Source: an uncultured Gammaproteobacteria bacterium (lineage in GTDB: Bacteria; Pseudomonadota; Gammaproteobacteria; JABCZS01). Taken from it: a DNA stretch of 64,000 nt. Positions 46,751 through 59,700 of the stretch are shown here, piece after piece (position 1 is the first letter of the stretch; every line of letters begins with the position of its first letter). Where the stretch lies: the NCBI GenBank assembly GCA_964443025.1, contig CAYUEL010000001.1:6155-70154 (forward strand). Reading direction: 5' to 3'. Both the position numbers and the translations under genes were made by a program. The notes beneath the pieces were generated by a model that ran no database searches, was not told where the DNA came from, and saw only the letters and a program-made list of their open reading frames with translations.

Positions 46751-47724
46751 CCGTTATTACTTTGGTGGAAGCCGTTACTCAAGCATTAGCATACGAATTG
46801 AAGCATGATAAAAACGTGATTGTGATGGGCGAAGATGTTGGCATAAACGGCGGTGTGTTTCGCGCAACCGCTGGCTTGCAAGAAAAATTTGGGAGTGAAC
46901 GTGTATTTGATACACCCTTGGCCGAATCCATGATTGCAGGTATCGGTATTGGTATGGCCACACAAGGTATGCGACCTGTGTGTGAAATTCAATTCATGGG
47001 ATTTATTTATCCCTGTGTTGATCAAATCATCAATCACGCAGCACGCATACGTAATCGTACACGCGGACGTTTAACGTGCCCCATGGTGATTCGTGCGCCG
47101 TTTGGTGGTGGTATTCACGCACCGGAACATCATTCCGAAAGTACCGAAGCTATTTTTGCGCATATGCCAGGTATTCGTGTGGTTATTCCTAGTTCACCTG
47201 CACGTGCCTACGGCTTATTATTAGCCGCTATTCGCGATCCCGATCCAGTCATTTTCCTCGAGCCTAAACGTATTTACCGTTTAACCAAACAAGAAGTGCC
47301 TGATGATGGAAAAGCGTTACCACTCGATACATGTTTTATATTGCGCGAAGGAAGTGATATTACATTAATCACTTGGGGTGCAGCGGTACATGAAACCTTG
47401 CAAGTAGCTGATCAATTGGCGCAAGAAGGTATTCATGCTGAAGTCATCGACGTTGCAACGATTAAACCCTTAGACATCGATAGTATTTTACAATCTGTCG
47501 CAAAAACAGGTCGATGCGTTATCATTCATGAAGCAGCGCGCACATGCGGTGTAGGCGCTGAAATTGCTGCACAAATATCAGAAAAAGCATTGGACCTGTT
47601 AAAAGCGCCAATATTACGCGTCAGCGGGTATGACATCGTTATGCCCTACTTGAAGCAAGAAAATATTTTTATGCCCAGTGTTCAACGCATTCGCGACAGT
47701 GTTGATGTCGCATTAGCATATTAA
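46747..47724 (+). CDS. Branched-chain 2-oxoacid dehydrogenase E1 beta subunit
   Basis: 325 aa transketolase-like C-terminal fold. It has the typical E1 beta N-terminus (MTVITLVEAVTQAL...KHDKNVIVMGEDVG). Confidence 0.85.
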   Translation: MTVITLVEAVTQALAYELKHDKNVIVMGEDVGINGGVFRATAGLQEKFGSERVFDTPLAESMIAGIGIGMATQGMRPVCEIQFMGFIYPCVDQIINHAARIRNRTRGRLTCPMVIRAPFGGGIHAPEHHSESTEAIFAHMPGIRVVIPSSPARAYGLLLAAIRDPDPVIFLEPKRIYRLTKQEVPDDGKALPLDTCFILREGSDITLITWGAAVHETLQVADQLAQEGIHAEVIDVATIKPLDIDSILQSVAKTGRCVIIHEAARTCGVGAEIAAQISEKALDLLKAPILRVSGYDIVMPYLKQENIFMPSVQRIRDSVDVALAY

Positions 47725-47735
47725 GGATAAGAGTC

Positions 47736-48908
47736 ATGAAAACATTTAATTTACCCGATTTAGGCGAAGGTTTGCCAGATGCAGAAATTCGTGAATGGTT
47801 TGTGAAAGTAGGTGATACGGTTAATGTCCATGACAACATTGTTTCCATGGAAACAGCCAAAGCGGTTGTTGATGTTCCAACACCCATTGCCGGTAAAATT
47901 ATAAAACTTTATGGAAAACCAGGCGATGTGATTCAAACCGGTGCGCCACTTATCTCTTTCGAGGGTGAAAGCATTATTGGCGAAGAGAAACGCGAAGATA
48001 CAGGCACTGTTGTCGGAAAACTTGTACAACACAATAATGTTTTGCAAGAAGAAGTTAAAATCATTCGATCCACTTCTGCTGGAGCAAGTCATCGAAAAGC
48101 GCCACCGGTAGTGATTGGTTTGGCGAATCATCTGGGTGTTGATTTAAGCACCGTACAAGGTACGGGAACCAACGGTATGATCACAGCGCTTGATGTAAAA
48201 CGCGCACACAATGGTAGCAGTAATGTTTGCACGATGGAAATCAAACAAACAGCACCCGCAACTCCTGAAGGTTTTGAACCACTCAAAGGTTCACGACGCA
48301 TGATGGCACAAGCCATGCAAATGTCACACGAACAAATCACACCCGTCACATTGTTTGACGATGCAGACATTGCTGCGTGGAATGAAAATCAAGATATCAG
48401 CGTTCGAATTATTCGTGCTATTGTTAAAGCCTGTCAACAAGAGCCTTCTCTAAATGCGCATTTTGATACAAAGGCACAAGCACGAAAATTGTTTAATGAA
48501 ATTAATCTGGGACTTGCCGTTGATAGTGAAGAAGGTTTATTTGTGCCGGTGATTCATCATGTTGAAAAGCTGGTTCATGAGCCAACACAATTACGTGCAA
48601 AAATTAACACCCTGAAACAACAAATCCGTGATCGTTCAATAGCATCGGATCAATTCAAAGGTGCTACCATCACGCTTTCTAATTTCGGCACATTGGCCGG
48701 ACGTTACGCAACACCTATTATTGTACCCCCTCAAGTTGCAATCATTGGTTGCGGCAAAAAACAAGACGTTGTTGTCGCTGAACAAGGCAAAGCGGTGGTA
48801 CATCCGATTCTACCCATCTCCCTTACCACCAACCATTGCGCTACTACAGGTGGCGAAGCGACCCGTTTTCTGGCGGCGTTTATTAAGGATTTACAGGCTG
48901 CGAATTAA
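47736..48908 (+). CDS. Dihydrolipoamide acyltransferase E2 component (branched-chain)
   Basis: 390 aa. It has an N-terminal lipoyl domain (SMETAKAVVDVPTPIAGKI), an E3-binding region and a C-terminal catalytic domain. Confidence 0.8.
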   Translation: MKTFNLPDLGEGLPDAEIREWFVKVGDTVNVHDNIVSMETAKAVVDVPTPIAGKIIKLYGKPGDVIQTGAPLISFEGESIIGEEKREDTGTVVGKLVQHNNVLQEEVKIIRSTSAGASHRKAPPVVIGLANHLGVDLSTVQGTGTNGMITALDVKRAHNGSSNVCTMEIKQTAPATPEGFEPLKGSRRMMAQAMQMSHEQITPVTLFDDADIAAWNENQDISVRIIRAIVKACQQEPSLNAHFDTKAQARKLFNEINLGLAVDSEEGLFVPVIHHVEKLVHEPTQLRAKINTLKQQIRDRSIASDQFKGATITLSNFGTLAGRYATPIIVPPQVAIIGCGKKQDVVVAEQGKAVVHPILPISLTTNHCATTGGEATRFLAAFIKDLQAAN

Positions 48909-48963
48909 ACAAATTAGGAATATGTTATAATAGCCGTATTATTAAACAACCTGCGAGGTCACT

Positions 48964-49530
48964 ATGATGGAACCCTGGATTATTGTATTAAGCATTATCG
49001 TGCTGACGGCTGTTCTTTTTATCGTTTTATACAACCGTTTGGTTTCCTTGCGGCAAACACGTCAAAACGCTTTTGCTGATATCGATGTACAACTCAAGCT
49101 GCGTTACGATTTGATCCCAAACCTTGTTAACACCGTTCAAGGCTACGCCAAACACGAACGTGAAGTATTTCAACAAGTCACCGAAGCACGCGCACAAGTG
49201 GGACAAGCACGTTCTATTAAAGATCGTGCGCAAGCAGAAGGCGTACTTTCTTCAGCATTGATGGGTTTACTTGCAGTCGCTGAGAATTATCCCGCGTTAA
49301 AAGCCAATGAAAATTTTATTAGCTTGCAAAAGGAACTGGCTGATATTGAAAATAAAGTTGCTGCATCACGACGCTTCTTTAACAATGCCACCAATGAATT
49401 TAACACTGCAACACAACAATTCCCGTCAGTCATCATCGCTAGATTTTTTAATTTCCATACGGAAGAATTTTTTGATTTAGGCGGTGAACGCACCGACATG
49501 TCTAAACCTGTTAACGTGAAGTTCGATTAG
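48964..49530 (+). CDS. lemA: LemA family membrane protein
   Basis: 188 aa with an N-terminal TM and the LemA signature (LYNRLVSLRQ...NAFADIDVQLKLRYDLIPNLV). Confidence 0.8.
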   Translation: MMEPWIIVLSIIVLTAVLFIVLYNRLVSLRQTRQNAFADIDVQLKLRYDLIPNLVNTVQGYAKHEREVFQQVTEARAQVGQARSIKDRAQAEGVLSSALMGLLAVAENYPALKANENFISLQKELADIENKVAASRRFFNNATNEFNTATQQFPSVIIARFFNFHTEEFFDLGGERTDMSKPVNVKFD

Positions 49531-49534
49531 AGTA

Positions 49535-50518
49535 TTGGTGATGTTAAGCGCTGTTGGTTTAAAAACCCATATCTGGAATAACAATCTTCGTAGTATTTTA
49601 TTGTTGATGGGTTTTCCTATTTTAATTATCTTAATGATGTGGGGATTTTACGCACTTACCACGCTCATGAGCGCCGTTCCCCCTCGTGGTATATCACCCT
49701 TTTCGTTTGCTGCGGAGCAGGGTCTGTTTTGGGTACAACACTATTGGTACTGGGGCTGGATTATTGCCAGTATTTGGTTTGTCATTGCTTATTTCAGCCA
49801 TGAAAAAATGATCAGCCGCGCGGCACATGCTCATCCTATTACACGCAAAGATTACCCTGAACTTTATAACCTACTTGAAAATTTATGCATTTCTCGCGGC
49901 GTTCCCATGCCGAAACTTTGCATCATTGAAACGGATGCGATGAATGCTTTCGCAAGTGGCATCAATCAAAAAAGTTATACCATTACTTTGACCTCTGGTT
50001 TAATTGCGCGCCTGAACAAAGATGAACTACAAGCCGTATTAGCCCATGAATTAACCCATATTCTAAATAGCGATGTACGTTTATTGATTATCAGCGTTAT
50101 CTTTGTTGGTATGATCAGCTTTATGGCGGAGCTTGCGGCCGATAGTATTTTCTATAGTAATCGGCGATCTTATTCTTCCGATAGTCGCCGTAGTCACTGG
50201 ATTGCAATGATTGCTGCGCTTATTATTTTAGCGATTGGTTATGTCTTTGCAATTTTAATACGCTTTGCTTTATCGCGAAAACGGGAATACTTAGCGGATG
50301 CAGGATCCGTTGAGCTCACAAAAAACCCCGACGCCATGGTTTCCGCATTACAAAAAATCGAAGGTCACGACCAAATGGATAATATGGCTGATGATATGAA
50401 AACCATGTTTATTGAAAATTCCAGCAGATTTATGGGGTTATTTTCTACACATCCACCTATTGATGAACGCATCAAAGCATTACAAAAATATGCCGGCGCA
50501 CGGGGTATAAGCGGATAA
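49535..50518 (+). CDS. M48-family (HtpX-like) zinc metalloprotease, a common LemA partner
   Basis: 327 aa. It has several TM segments and an HEXXH motif (AHELTHILN). Confidence 0.65.
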   Translation: MVMLSAVGLKTHIWNNNLRSILLLMGFPILIILMMWGFYALTTLMSAVPPRGISPFSFAAEQGLFWVQHYWYWGWIIASIWFVIAYFSHEKMISRAAHAHPITRKDYPELYNLLENLCISRGVPMPKLCIIETDAMNAFASGINQKSYTITLTSGLIARLNKDELQAVLAHELTHILNSDVRLLIISVIFVGMISFMAELAADSIFYSNRRSYSSDSRRSHWIAMIAALIILAIGYVFAILIRFALSRKREYLADAGSVELTKNPDAMVSALQKIEGHDQMDNMADDMKTMFIENSSRFMGLFSTHPPIDERIKALQKYAGARGISG

Positions 50519-50521
50519 TTC

Positions 50522-50788
50522 ATGCAAGATAAAAAACCTAAAATTGAATTTCCCTGCCAATATCCAATTAAAATTATCGGTAAATCCACGGATAACTTTG
50601 ACCTTATGATCATCGAGGCTATTAACCCTCACTTACCCAGTCGATTCGAAGGAACTCTTGAAACACGTCACAGTGAACAAGGTAATTACACTGCCATTAC
50701 TATTGAAATTACCGCCACTGGTGAACAACAACTTAAAGACATCTTTACTGCTTTGAAAAAAATTGAATCGGTAATCATGGTATTATGA
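50522..50788 (+). CDS. YbeD-like DUF493 (UPF0250) protein
   Basis: 88 aa with the YbeD-family pattern (FPCQYPIKIIG.....F...I). Confidence 0.7.
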   Translation: MQDKKPKIEFPCQYPIKIIGKSTDNFDLMIIEAINPHLPSRFEGTLETRHSEQGNYTAITIEITATGEQQLKDIFTALKKIESVIMVL

Positions 50789-53700
50789 TTTTGCTGGACC
50801 TTCTATAGTAGTTATAGGGACTATAGGAGTGATAGGCCGAATAATATCTGTATTAAGCCCAGGTATACTTTTTACTTCATGTTTTCTATTAGCCATCAAC
50901 GATGCGGCATAAGCGGCTGTTTTTTGAGCTGTGTGAACGTTTCCACGGAATTGCGCAACCACAAAGAGGTATGCGTATTCTGGCACATGTACTTCATAAA
51001 ATTGGAGGCTGTTTTCACGTGAAGTAAATGAATATTCCATATCTAAAACAGGGTCATTTGTATTATCCAAAATTTGTTCCACAGTAGAATATTCTTGGCC
51101 AAACAATGATCCGCGTCCTGGTAAATTAGCAGGTGGAGAAGGAGGAACTATATTGGGGTTAGGAACCGCGCAGCTCGCACCGCACCAAGACAATGTAGCG
51201 TAGTAATTAGCATTCAAGATCATCCAAACGGCTGGGAATTGCCAACCTGTGTATGTGCTTTGAAGACTTAACGTACTGTAATTACCACTGTGTGAATTAT
51301 TGGTACCAAAATTAGAGCTCACAGGAGAAAGACCTGAGAAAGTATCTGTAGAGTAAAAAGAATTATCGATTGTGCCCGCTATAGTATTAGTACCTGCAAT
51401 GGCACCCACGCGTGTTCCTGAACCCGTAATATTACCCACGGCAAGTGAGGTTGAAACCGTACCACTATTCGAACCGACTATTCCGCCAACATCAGTAGCA
51501 CCTAAAGTAATATCAATAGTACCGCCGAACAATACATTTTCTAAAGTACCACTTGAACTACCGGCAATACCACCTACATTAGTTGCATTGGCTGTGCCTT
51601 CTACTGTAGTTGTGCTGTTGTTGTATGAACGAGCGACGGTACCTGATAATAAATTACCCACAATACCACCCACATCCGTAGCACCTTCGACATGACCTGT
51701 GAAATACGCTTCGGAGACAGAGCTATTTGTCATGCTGCCTACAACACCACCGACGCTACTGCTACCATCAATATTTCCTGAAGCTGTCATATGGCCAGTC
51801 ACCGTCGTTGTATCTAATTCACCAACAGCACCACCTACTTTACTAACACCACTCACGTTATGTGTTCCTGTGATGGTTCCTGTAATGAAAGTAGTACCTG
51901 CGGCGAAAAGAGGCCCAGAACCACCAATCACGCTACCCACTTGTGTATTACCGGTAACATTCGTAAGCGATGCAAGGTTTTGTGACATAGTTGTATTGGC
52001 TAATGCACCAATGACACTACCCACATAAGTACCTGTGGGCACATTAATATTACTGTAAATATTATAACCACTCGTGTTAAATCCTGAGAGTGAACCATTC
52101 AATCCAACTGCGCCTGCAATACCTCCTAAACCAAGCGCTGCGCCACTGGCACTGAAAGAGACGCTGTCTGCAACAGTCACTTGTGTAGCCGATAAATCAC
52201 CCCTGTTGTAAACGAGACCCACAACAAATCCAAGCGATTGTGCGGCTCCTGTGGTGATGGTTAATGGCACGCCGTTTGTACCCACGGTGACGGCTGCAGA
52301 TATTTGTGGAACGTTAGTAGAACTGGATGAAGCATTACCTATCGCACCCGCGATACCGCCCACGAACGCCGTTGTTCCGGTAATATTGCCTTGATTATTG
52401 ACCGTACCAGCCAGATTAATATCACCGGAAGCACCGGAATAATTACCACCCCAAGAACCTACGATACCTCCCACATAGCGACCACCCGAAATGGCACCAT
52501 CATTAAATAAAGTCGCATTGATACTTCCAAGTCCAAGGCCGATAATACCACCGACATTTTCAACATCATTCGCATTGGCTGTGACACTGCCATGATTAGT
52601 AAGACTACCACTCCAACCAGAAGCCCCTTTAAATACCGCAAAAATACCACCGGTATTACGCGTTCCTGCATTATGTGTTACTGCACCATTATTCACCAAT
52701 TTATAATTGCTCGATGGACCTGCATAAAAGCCCATGACACCACCCACGTTTTCAGCAGTAGATGTTGTTCCCGTAACACTGGCATTGTTGGTCATCGTTA
52801 CGCCACCCGCCGGGCCACCTAGTGGTGTGAATTGCGAAGCAGCAGAGACGGATCCAAACAATCCACCGATGGAAATGCGCGTACCTGATACGCTACCCGT
52901 TGCTGAAATAACCCCTCTTTTTGTGAAAGCTGCTGTACCTGAGACGCTACCGATGAGTCCTCCTACCGCGTCTCTACCGGAAACAGAGCCACCTGTGATG
53001 GTGAAAGCACCCGCCCCTTCCACGCTACCACCACTGAAAGAGCCGAATAATCCACCCGCATTATCAGTAACACCCGATCCCCCAATGGTTGCATTGCTGG
53101 TGAAAGAACCGGAGAAAGTGCCTCCTGATACGGAACCTGCAATACCACCGGCATGACTGGTCGCAGAAGTACCCACATTACCTGTATTACTGAATGCGCT
53201 TGAGAAAGTACCGCTGCTTGCGCTACCAAAAAGGCCACCAACCAATGTGCTTCCGCTGATCGTACCACTGTTAGATGCGCCACCCACAAATTCAACCGCT
53301 GTATTAACAACACTGGTAATACCTCCAACACCCAAAACACTACTGCTCGCAGTGACATTACCCGTGTTCGTTAAGCTATTGCTGAAAACGATATCAGCCA
53401 GTTCAATACGGCCATAAACACCGGCTACATAATCCCCGCTGCCGGTAACATTGGCATTGTTAGTGGCACTGCCTGGATTAAAAACCGTTATCGTACCTGC
53501 ATTGGCGAAATAACCAACGACACCACCGACTTGACTGACACCGGATACGGCAATCGTTGCGCTACCTGATTTTGTAACCGACATACTGGTAGGTTCAAAA
53601 CTCAAACCATTACTAGAAAGATATCCGATCAATCCACCCACATGATTGCCTGTGCCCGTAATCGTTGTTGCGCCGCTGCTACGAGACAATGATAAAACCG

Positions 53701-56700
53701 AAGTGGTACCAAAGGTGTTGCTGAGATCAGAATAGCCCAACACACCACCAACATCGTTGACACCGCTGACATTACCGGCTGTCGATGTTAATGTACCGTT
53801 GAGAGTCGTGCTTTTCATGTAACCTATCACGCCACCTGCTCTATCAGCATTGGCAGTGACATTGTGACTATTGGTAAACGTAACACCCGAAATAATTTGA
53901 TTAGTAATACTACCCGCTAATGAACCAATGATGCCACCAACCCTACTATTACCTGTAACATCAGCAAGGGAAGTTAAATTTTGTGCGAATGATGCTCTAT
54001 CTGCACTACCAATTACACCACCCACTTCACTGGCGCCGGTAGCATTGATCGTAGTATCAATCAGGTAAGTAGAAGGGTTAAAGCCTGAAAGTGTTACATT
54101 TTGAGCCGAACCAATAATACCACCCACACTTGTGACACTACCGACAGTAGTATCAAAACTTATATCGTTATAGACATGGATATTTGTAGCGCTAATACTG
54201 CTTCCTTTGCCACTACCTACAACATAACCAAAACTACTTGCCCCAGAGGAAAGCGCAATAATGCCGATAGGAGAAACCGCATTCCCAACCGTAAGATTGC
54301 CACCCAAATCGCTAGACGACATGCTACCCACAATGCCACCGACATTCATGACACCACTCACAATGCCTTTATTATGCAAAGTACCTGAGACTGTTCCACT
54401 AAGAACTGCCAAAATACCACCTGCAGTACCACCGGTAGCGCTCACACTACCGGAATTGGTCATATTAGCGGTAAAATTAGCATTTACATCGCCCATGATA
54501 CCGCCCGCATGATCACCGCTATCAATTTCACCTTGGTTTTCGAGCAAATCAGAAAATGTAACGCCAGTAGCATTAAACTCACCGATAATACCGGCCACAC
54601 CGAAAGCGCCTATGATATGGCCAGTATTAAGCATGCCATTTGCAAAAGTAAGATCAGGTGCATCAAGTTTAGCGATGATACCGGCTGCGAAATTACCTGT
54701 ACCAGTCACATCAGCATGATTCACCATATCGCTACCGACGCTAAAGGCAGTGATGGTTCCTGTATTAGCCATACGGCCAATCAATCCGCCCACATGATTA
54801 ACACCTGTGATGGAAATCGTTCCGCCGCTGATTGTAACGCTCGCGCTGGTGGGTTGGAAACTGAGTGAACTATTTGAAAGATAACCTATCAATCCGCCCA
54901 CATCATCCGCACCCGCAATAGTCGTTGTGCCCGTTGTGCGACTGAACAACAATGAGCTGGTGGTACCAAATGTGACCCCACTGTCAACGTAACCGACTAA
55001 TCCACCCGTGTAATTAGAACCCTTGACAGAGCCGCTTGTATTCGACAATGCTCCATTAAATGCGCCGTTTTGAACATAACTCACTAATCCACCGACATAA
55101 TCACCACCTGCAACACTACCTGAATTACTCATGTTTCCTGTGAATGTACTACCTAATATTGCACCCGCAATACCACCCACTTTCGTGCTTGCAGCATTCG
55201 GTGTCGATACACCAGAACCTGCAAATACCGAGCCGGTATTGTTAAATGTGGTAGCAACCGTTAATCCTGCTCTATTGAAACTACCAAATATGCCACCAAT
55301 ATTAGACGTTGATCCAGATGTATGTATTGCGGAAACCGTTGCATTATTTGTAAATGTGCCTGAAGATGTAAAGGCTGTAATATCCGATGCAACTTTACCA
55401 ATCAATCCACCAATGAAAGAGCCTGTTAATGAATTGGAAGTGACTGCCACATCTGAACCAACCGATGCGTTCGCAACACCCAATGTACTACCCGTGCTAA
55501 GATGACCAATCAATCCACCGACATTCGTCGTACCTAAAATCGTTGTGCCGCTGCCATTCGTTGTCGTAAATGTTGTTGCGGCGGATATTGTAATATTCGT
55601 GGCCGAACCTATCAAACCTCCCACGTTCGTTATACCGCTCACACTGCCTGTGTCTGTTAATGAAAGTGATGTTAACGTACCTCCGGTGACATTACCGAAC
55701 AATCCACCGGCATTACTCGATAATCCGCCCACTTCTGAGATATTACCCGTGTTAGAAAGATTGCCTGCAAAACTACCCGTGCTAAATGTGCCTAAAATAC
55801 CGCCTACACCCGTCACATTCGCATCACTCGTGTTATTCGTCACATCGCCGGTATTAGTTAAAGCATTCGTGATAGCAATATTACCCATCGCACCAAAAAT
55901 ACCGCCGGTATTTCCATTCGCTCCCAAACTCACCACATTCGCCGCATTGCTAAATGCTGTTATCGCTGCATACGATGTCACTGCGCTCAAATGACCAATT
56001 AATCCCCCAACCCGATTAATACCACGGACCGTTCCAGCAGTCGTTGTCAATACATCACCCGCTAACGCATTAAATGTTCCACCGGTCACTGAACCAATCA
56101 CACCGCCCACATTCGTATTACCGTCTGTCGTACTCGTCGCAAATCCTACATTACCTGAACTGGTCAATCCACCGCGAATATCACCGCCAGTCATGCTACC
56201 GATCACTCCACCTACATTTGAATTAGAAGCCGTTGCATCCGTTGTGGTATTAATTGAACCTGAGTTACTCCAAGTGCCCATGATAATACCACTTGCTAAT
56301 AATCCAACCACACCACCGACATTGGCATCACCACCTGCTGTGAAATTAGATGTTACATTCACCGTATTAGTGAGATTATTGGCAAATGCACTCGAACTCG
56401 TGATATTCATTTGCCCAATCATGCCGCCAACATTAAATCCCGTCACAATAAATGCTTTATTATTTAATGTACCTGAAATCACAGCCGTATCTGTGCCACT
56501 CGCATCTACCAAACCAACCATACCCCCTATGTTGCTGTTCGTTGTATCCACTGAAAAATAATTAGCCGTTGTCGTATTGACCGTGCTCGTTCCACTTAAC
56601 GTACTTGCACCTGACATGTGCCCTACAATTCCCCCTAAGTTTTTATTCGCTGAACCTGTATTTAATGCAAGGGATGTTGCAAGACTATTACCATAAATTT

Positions 56701-59700
56701 TCGTACCGGTAAGTGAACCATCATTCAACGTTCCGACCAATCCACCCACATCTAAATTACCTGTAATACTGTTTGGCGTTGTATTATTTCCCGAATACGT
56801 AAGCGCGCCACTCAATGTCGCTCCATTCACATATCCTGCAATACCGCCAACGCGTGTCGTACCCAAAACGGTACCTGAACCATTCATGGCGCTTGCTATT
56901 GTAATCGTCGAAACTGATCCAATTAAACCGCCGACATTGGTTGTGCCGGTGACATTGCCAGTTCCTGTTAATGAGGTTGATGTTATTGCGCCAGCGGTGA
57001 TATTACCGAATAATCCACCCACATTGATGGCGCTGGTTCCGCTGATAGTTCCGCTGTTTTGAAGGATTCCACTGAAACTTCCGGTGTTCAAGCGACCCAT
57101 GATACCGCCCAATCCAGTGGCACTATTGCCGGTGACATTTCCTGTATTCGTTAAATTATTTGTAATCGCTAAATCTGTACCAATACCACCGAAAATACCA
57201 CCAATCGTGTCAATGGCGGCAGTGGTTGATACCGCTGCGCCATTAGTATAAGTCGTTGTCGTTGCATCGTAATGCGTACTTGCGTCAATAAATCCAATCA
57301 AACCACCGACATAATCATTGCCTGCGACACTGGCCGCACTGAGTGTGCTCATCGCCGCCGCATTCGTGATCGTACTGAAATTATTTAATCCGTCTTTCGT
57401 CACTAATCCAAACAATCCACCGACATATTGTCCACCTACAATATCGCCATCATTCAATTGATACGTACCCGATAACGTAGTCGCTTGTACTTCTCCCGCA
57501 ATACCCCCCACTTTATCCACCGGGTCGACATTGCCAGTATTTCTAAATACGCCAGATAATGTAGCCCCTTCCGTCCATCCAAATAATCCCCCTGCTCTTG
57601 TCGTACCAACAACTGTGTGGGTATTACTGAGCGGCGTGCTCACAGAGCCGCCACTGATCGTACTGTCTTTCACATGACCAATTAACCCGCCGGTTCCACT
57701 ACCGCCTGTTACATTGGCAATCGAATTAATCACACTTGTAAATGTTGCATTCAACAATTTACCAATCACGCCGCCGACATTCGTACTACTCGCCGTATTA
57801 ATCGCAACGCTCGATAAATTCGTATTACTAATGGCTGATGTATCTTTCAACACACCCACAATACCGCCCACATTCGTACTGGTTCCAAAGATTGCTGCGT
57901 TGCTCATGCTCGTGGTGCCCGTAAGCGCTGCGCCATTTTCCATCAATCCCACCAATCCACCGGCACCATCAGGGCTTGTTATAGTGAGTGTTCCAAGTGT
58001 TGCCGTTGTGCTCATCGCATTACCGACACTTACTCCATTCAAATACCCAAATATACCGCCTGCATTTGCAACACTTGCGCTGATCGTGCTTCCTCCCGAT
58101 TTACCGGACGCTTGCAATATTGCACCGCTTCCAAATGAACCTCCCGACATTTGCCCAATCAATCCACCGGCATTTGTAGCAGCACTCACACTGCCTGTGC
58201 TAGAGAAAGTCACCGCAGAAGTGTTACCAATCGTACCACCGCTCACTTTACCGAATAAACCACCCGCATTGGTTGCGCTTGTACCGCTAATAACACCCGT
58301 GCTGGTATTTGTTAATGTGCCTGTGAAAGTACCTGTTGTCATCGCACCCATAATACCGCCTAAACCGGTCGCGCTATTACCGGTGACAGTACCACTGTTC
58401 GTTAAATTATTTCCGATAGTTAAATTGCCAATCACACCGAAGATACCGCCAATCGTGTCAATGGCTGCGGTTGTAGAGACTGCAGCCGCATTCGTAAATG
58501 TATTGCTTGCACTATAAGTCGTTGTCGCTGCTAAATTACCAATTAATCCACCGAGATTCGATGTGCCTGTCACGCTACCACCCGATGTACTCAACGTGGA
58601 TGTGCTAGAGACGGTGGATGAATTGGTAATCAATCCCACCAATCCGCCGACATTCGATGTTCCCGAAACAGCACCACTACCTGCTAAAGTGCCTGCGATC
58701 GTGCTGGCATTCGCTTCACCTATTACACCACCCACGGTGCCAGCACCTGTGACGGTGTGAGTATTAGTAAAGGTTGCGCCGGATGACAACGTTGAACTTT
58801 CCATCAAACCCACAATGCCACCGACTTTAGTCGCACTGCCGCTGTTCACATCTGCAATCGAAGATAAATTACTGCCAGAATAAGTGACACTCAACATGTG
58901 TCCAATAATACCGCCCACATTCGTAGCACTCGCAGCACTCACGGTAGTCGTAGATAATGCACTGTTACTCACACGAGAAGAAGCACCTTCCATCCGACCC
59001 ACAATACCACCCACCGTAGTAATACCACTGCTAAATGCAGACGCGCTACTCATTGCAGCCGATCCAGACAATTGCGCATCCAACATGTAACCCACTAATC
59101 CACCTGCGCTGGTTGTCGCTGTGATGGTAAGTGTTCCCGGTGATGTGGTTGTGCTCATCGCATTACTGAAATTCACACCGTTTAAGTAACCAAAGATACC
59201 GCCGGCATGAGTGGTTGCGCTGATCGTGCTTCCTGTCGTGGCTTTACCGGACGCTTGCAATACCGCGCCGCTTCCAAATGAACCACCCGATAATTGTCCA
59301 ATCACACCACCCGCATACGTTGAACCCGATACACTGCCTGTGCTAGAGAAAGTCACTGCAGAAGTATTACCAATCGTACCGCCGCTCATTAAACCAAATA
59401 ATCCACCGGCATTGGTAGCTGATGTTCCTGTTTCTGATATTGTTCCACTGTTAGTGAGTGCGCCTGTGAATGTACCGGTTGAGAATGTTCCCATGATACC
59501 GCCCACACCCGTCACATTTGCATGATCAGTATTGTTAGTAACATCCCCTGTATTCGTTAACGCATTAGCAATGGTGATATTGCCCATTACACCGAATATA
59601 CCGCCGGTATTTCCATTCGCACCTAAGCTTGTGACACTGGCGGCATTGCTAAATGCTGTCGTCGCTGCATACGATGTCACCGCACTCAAATTACCAATTA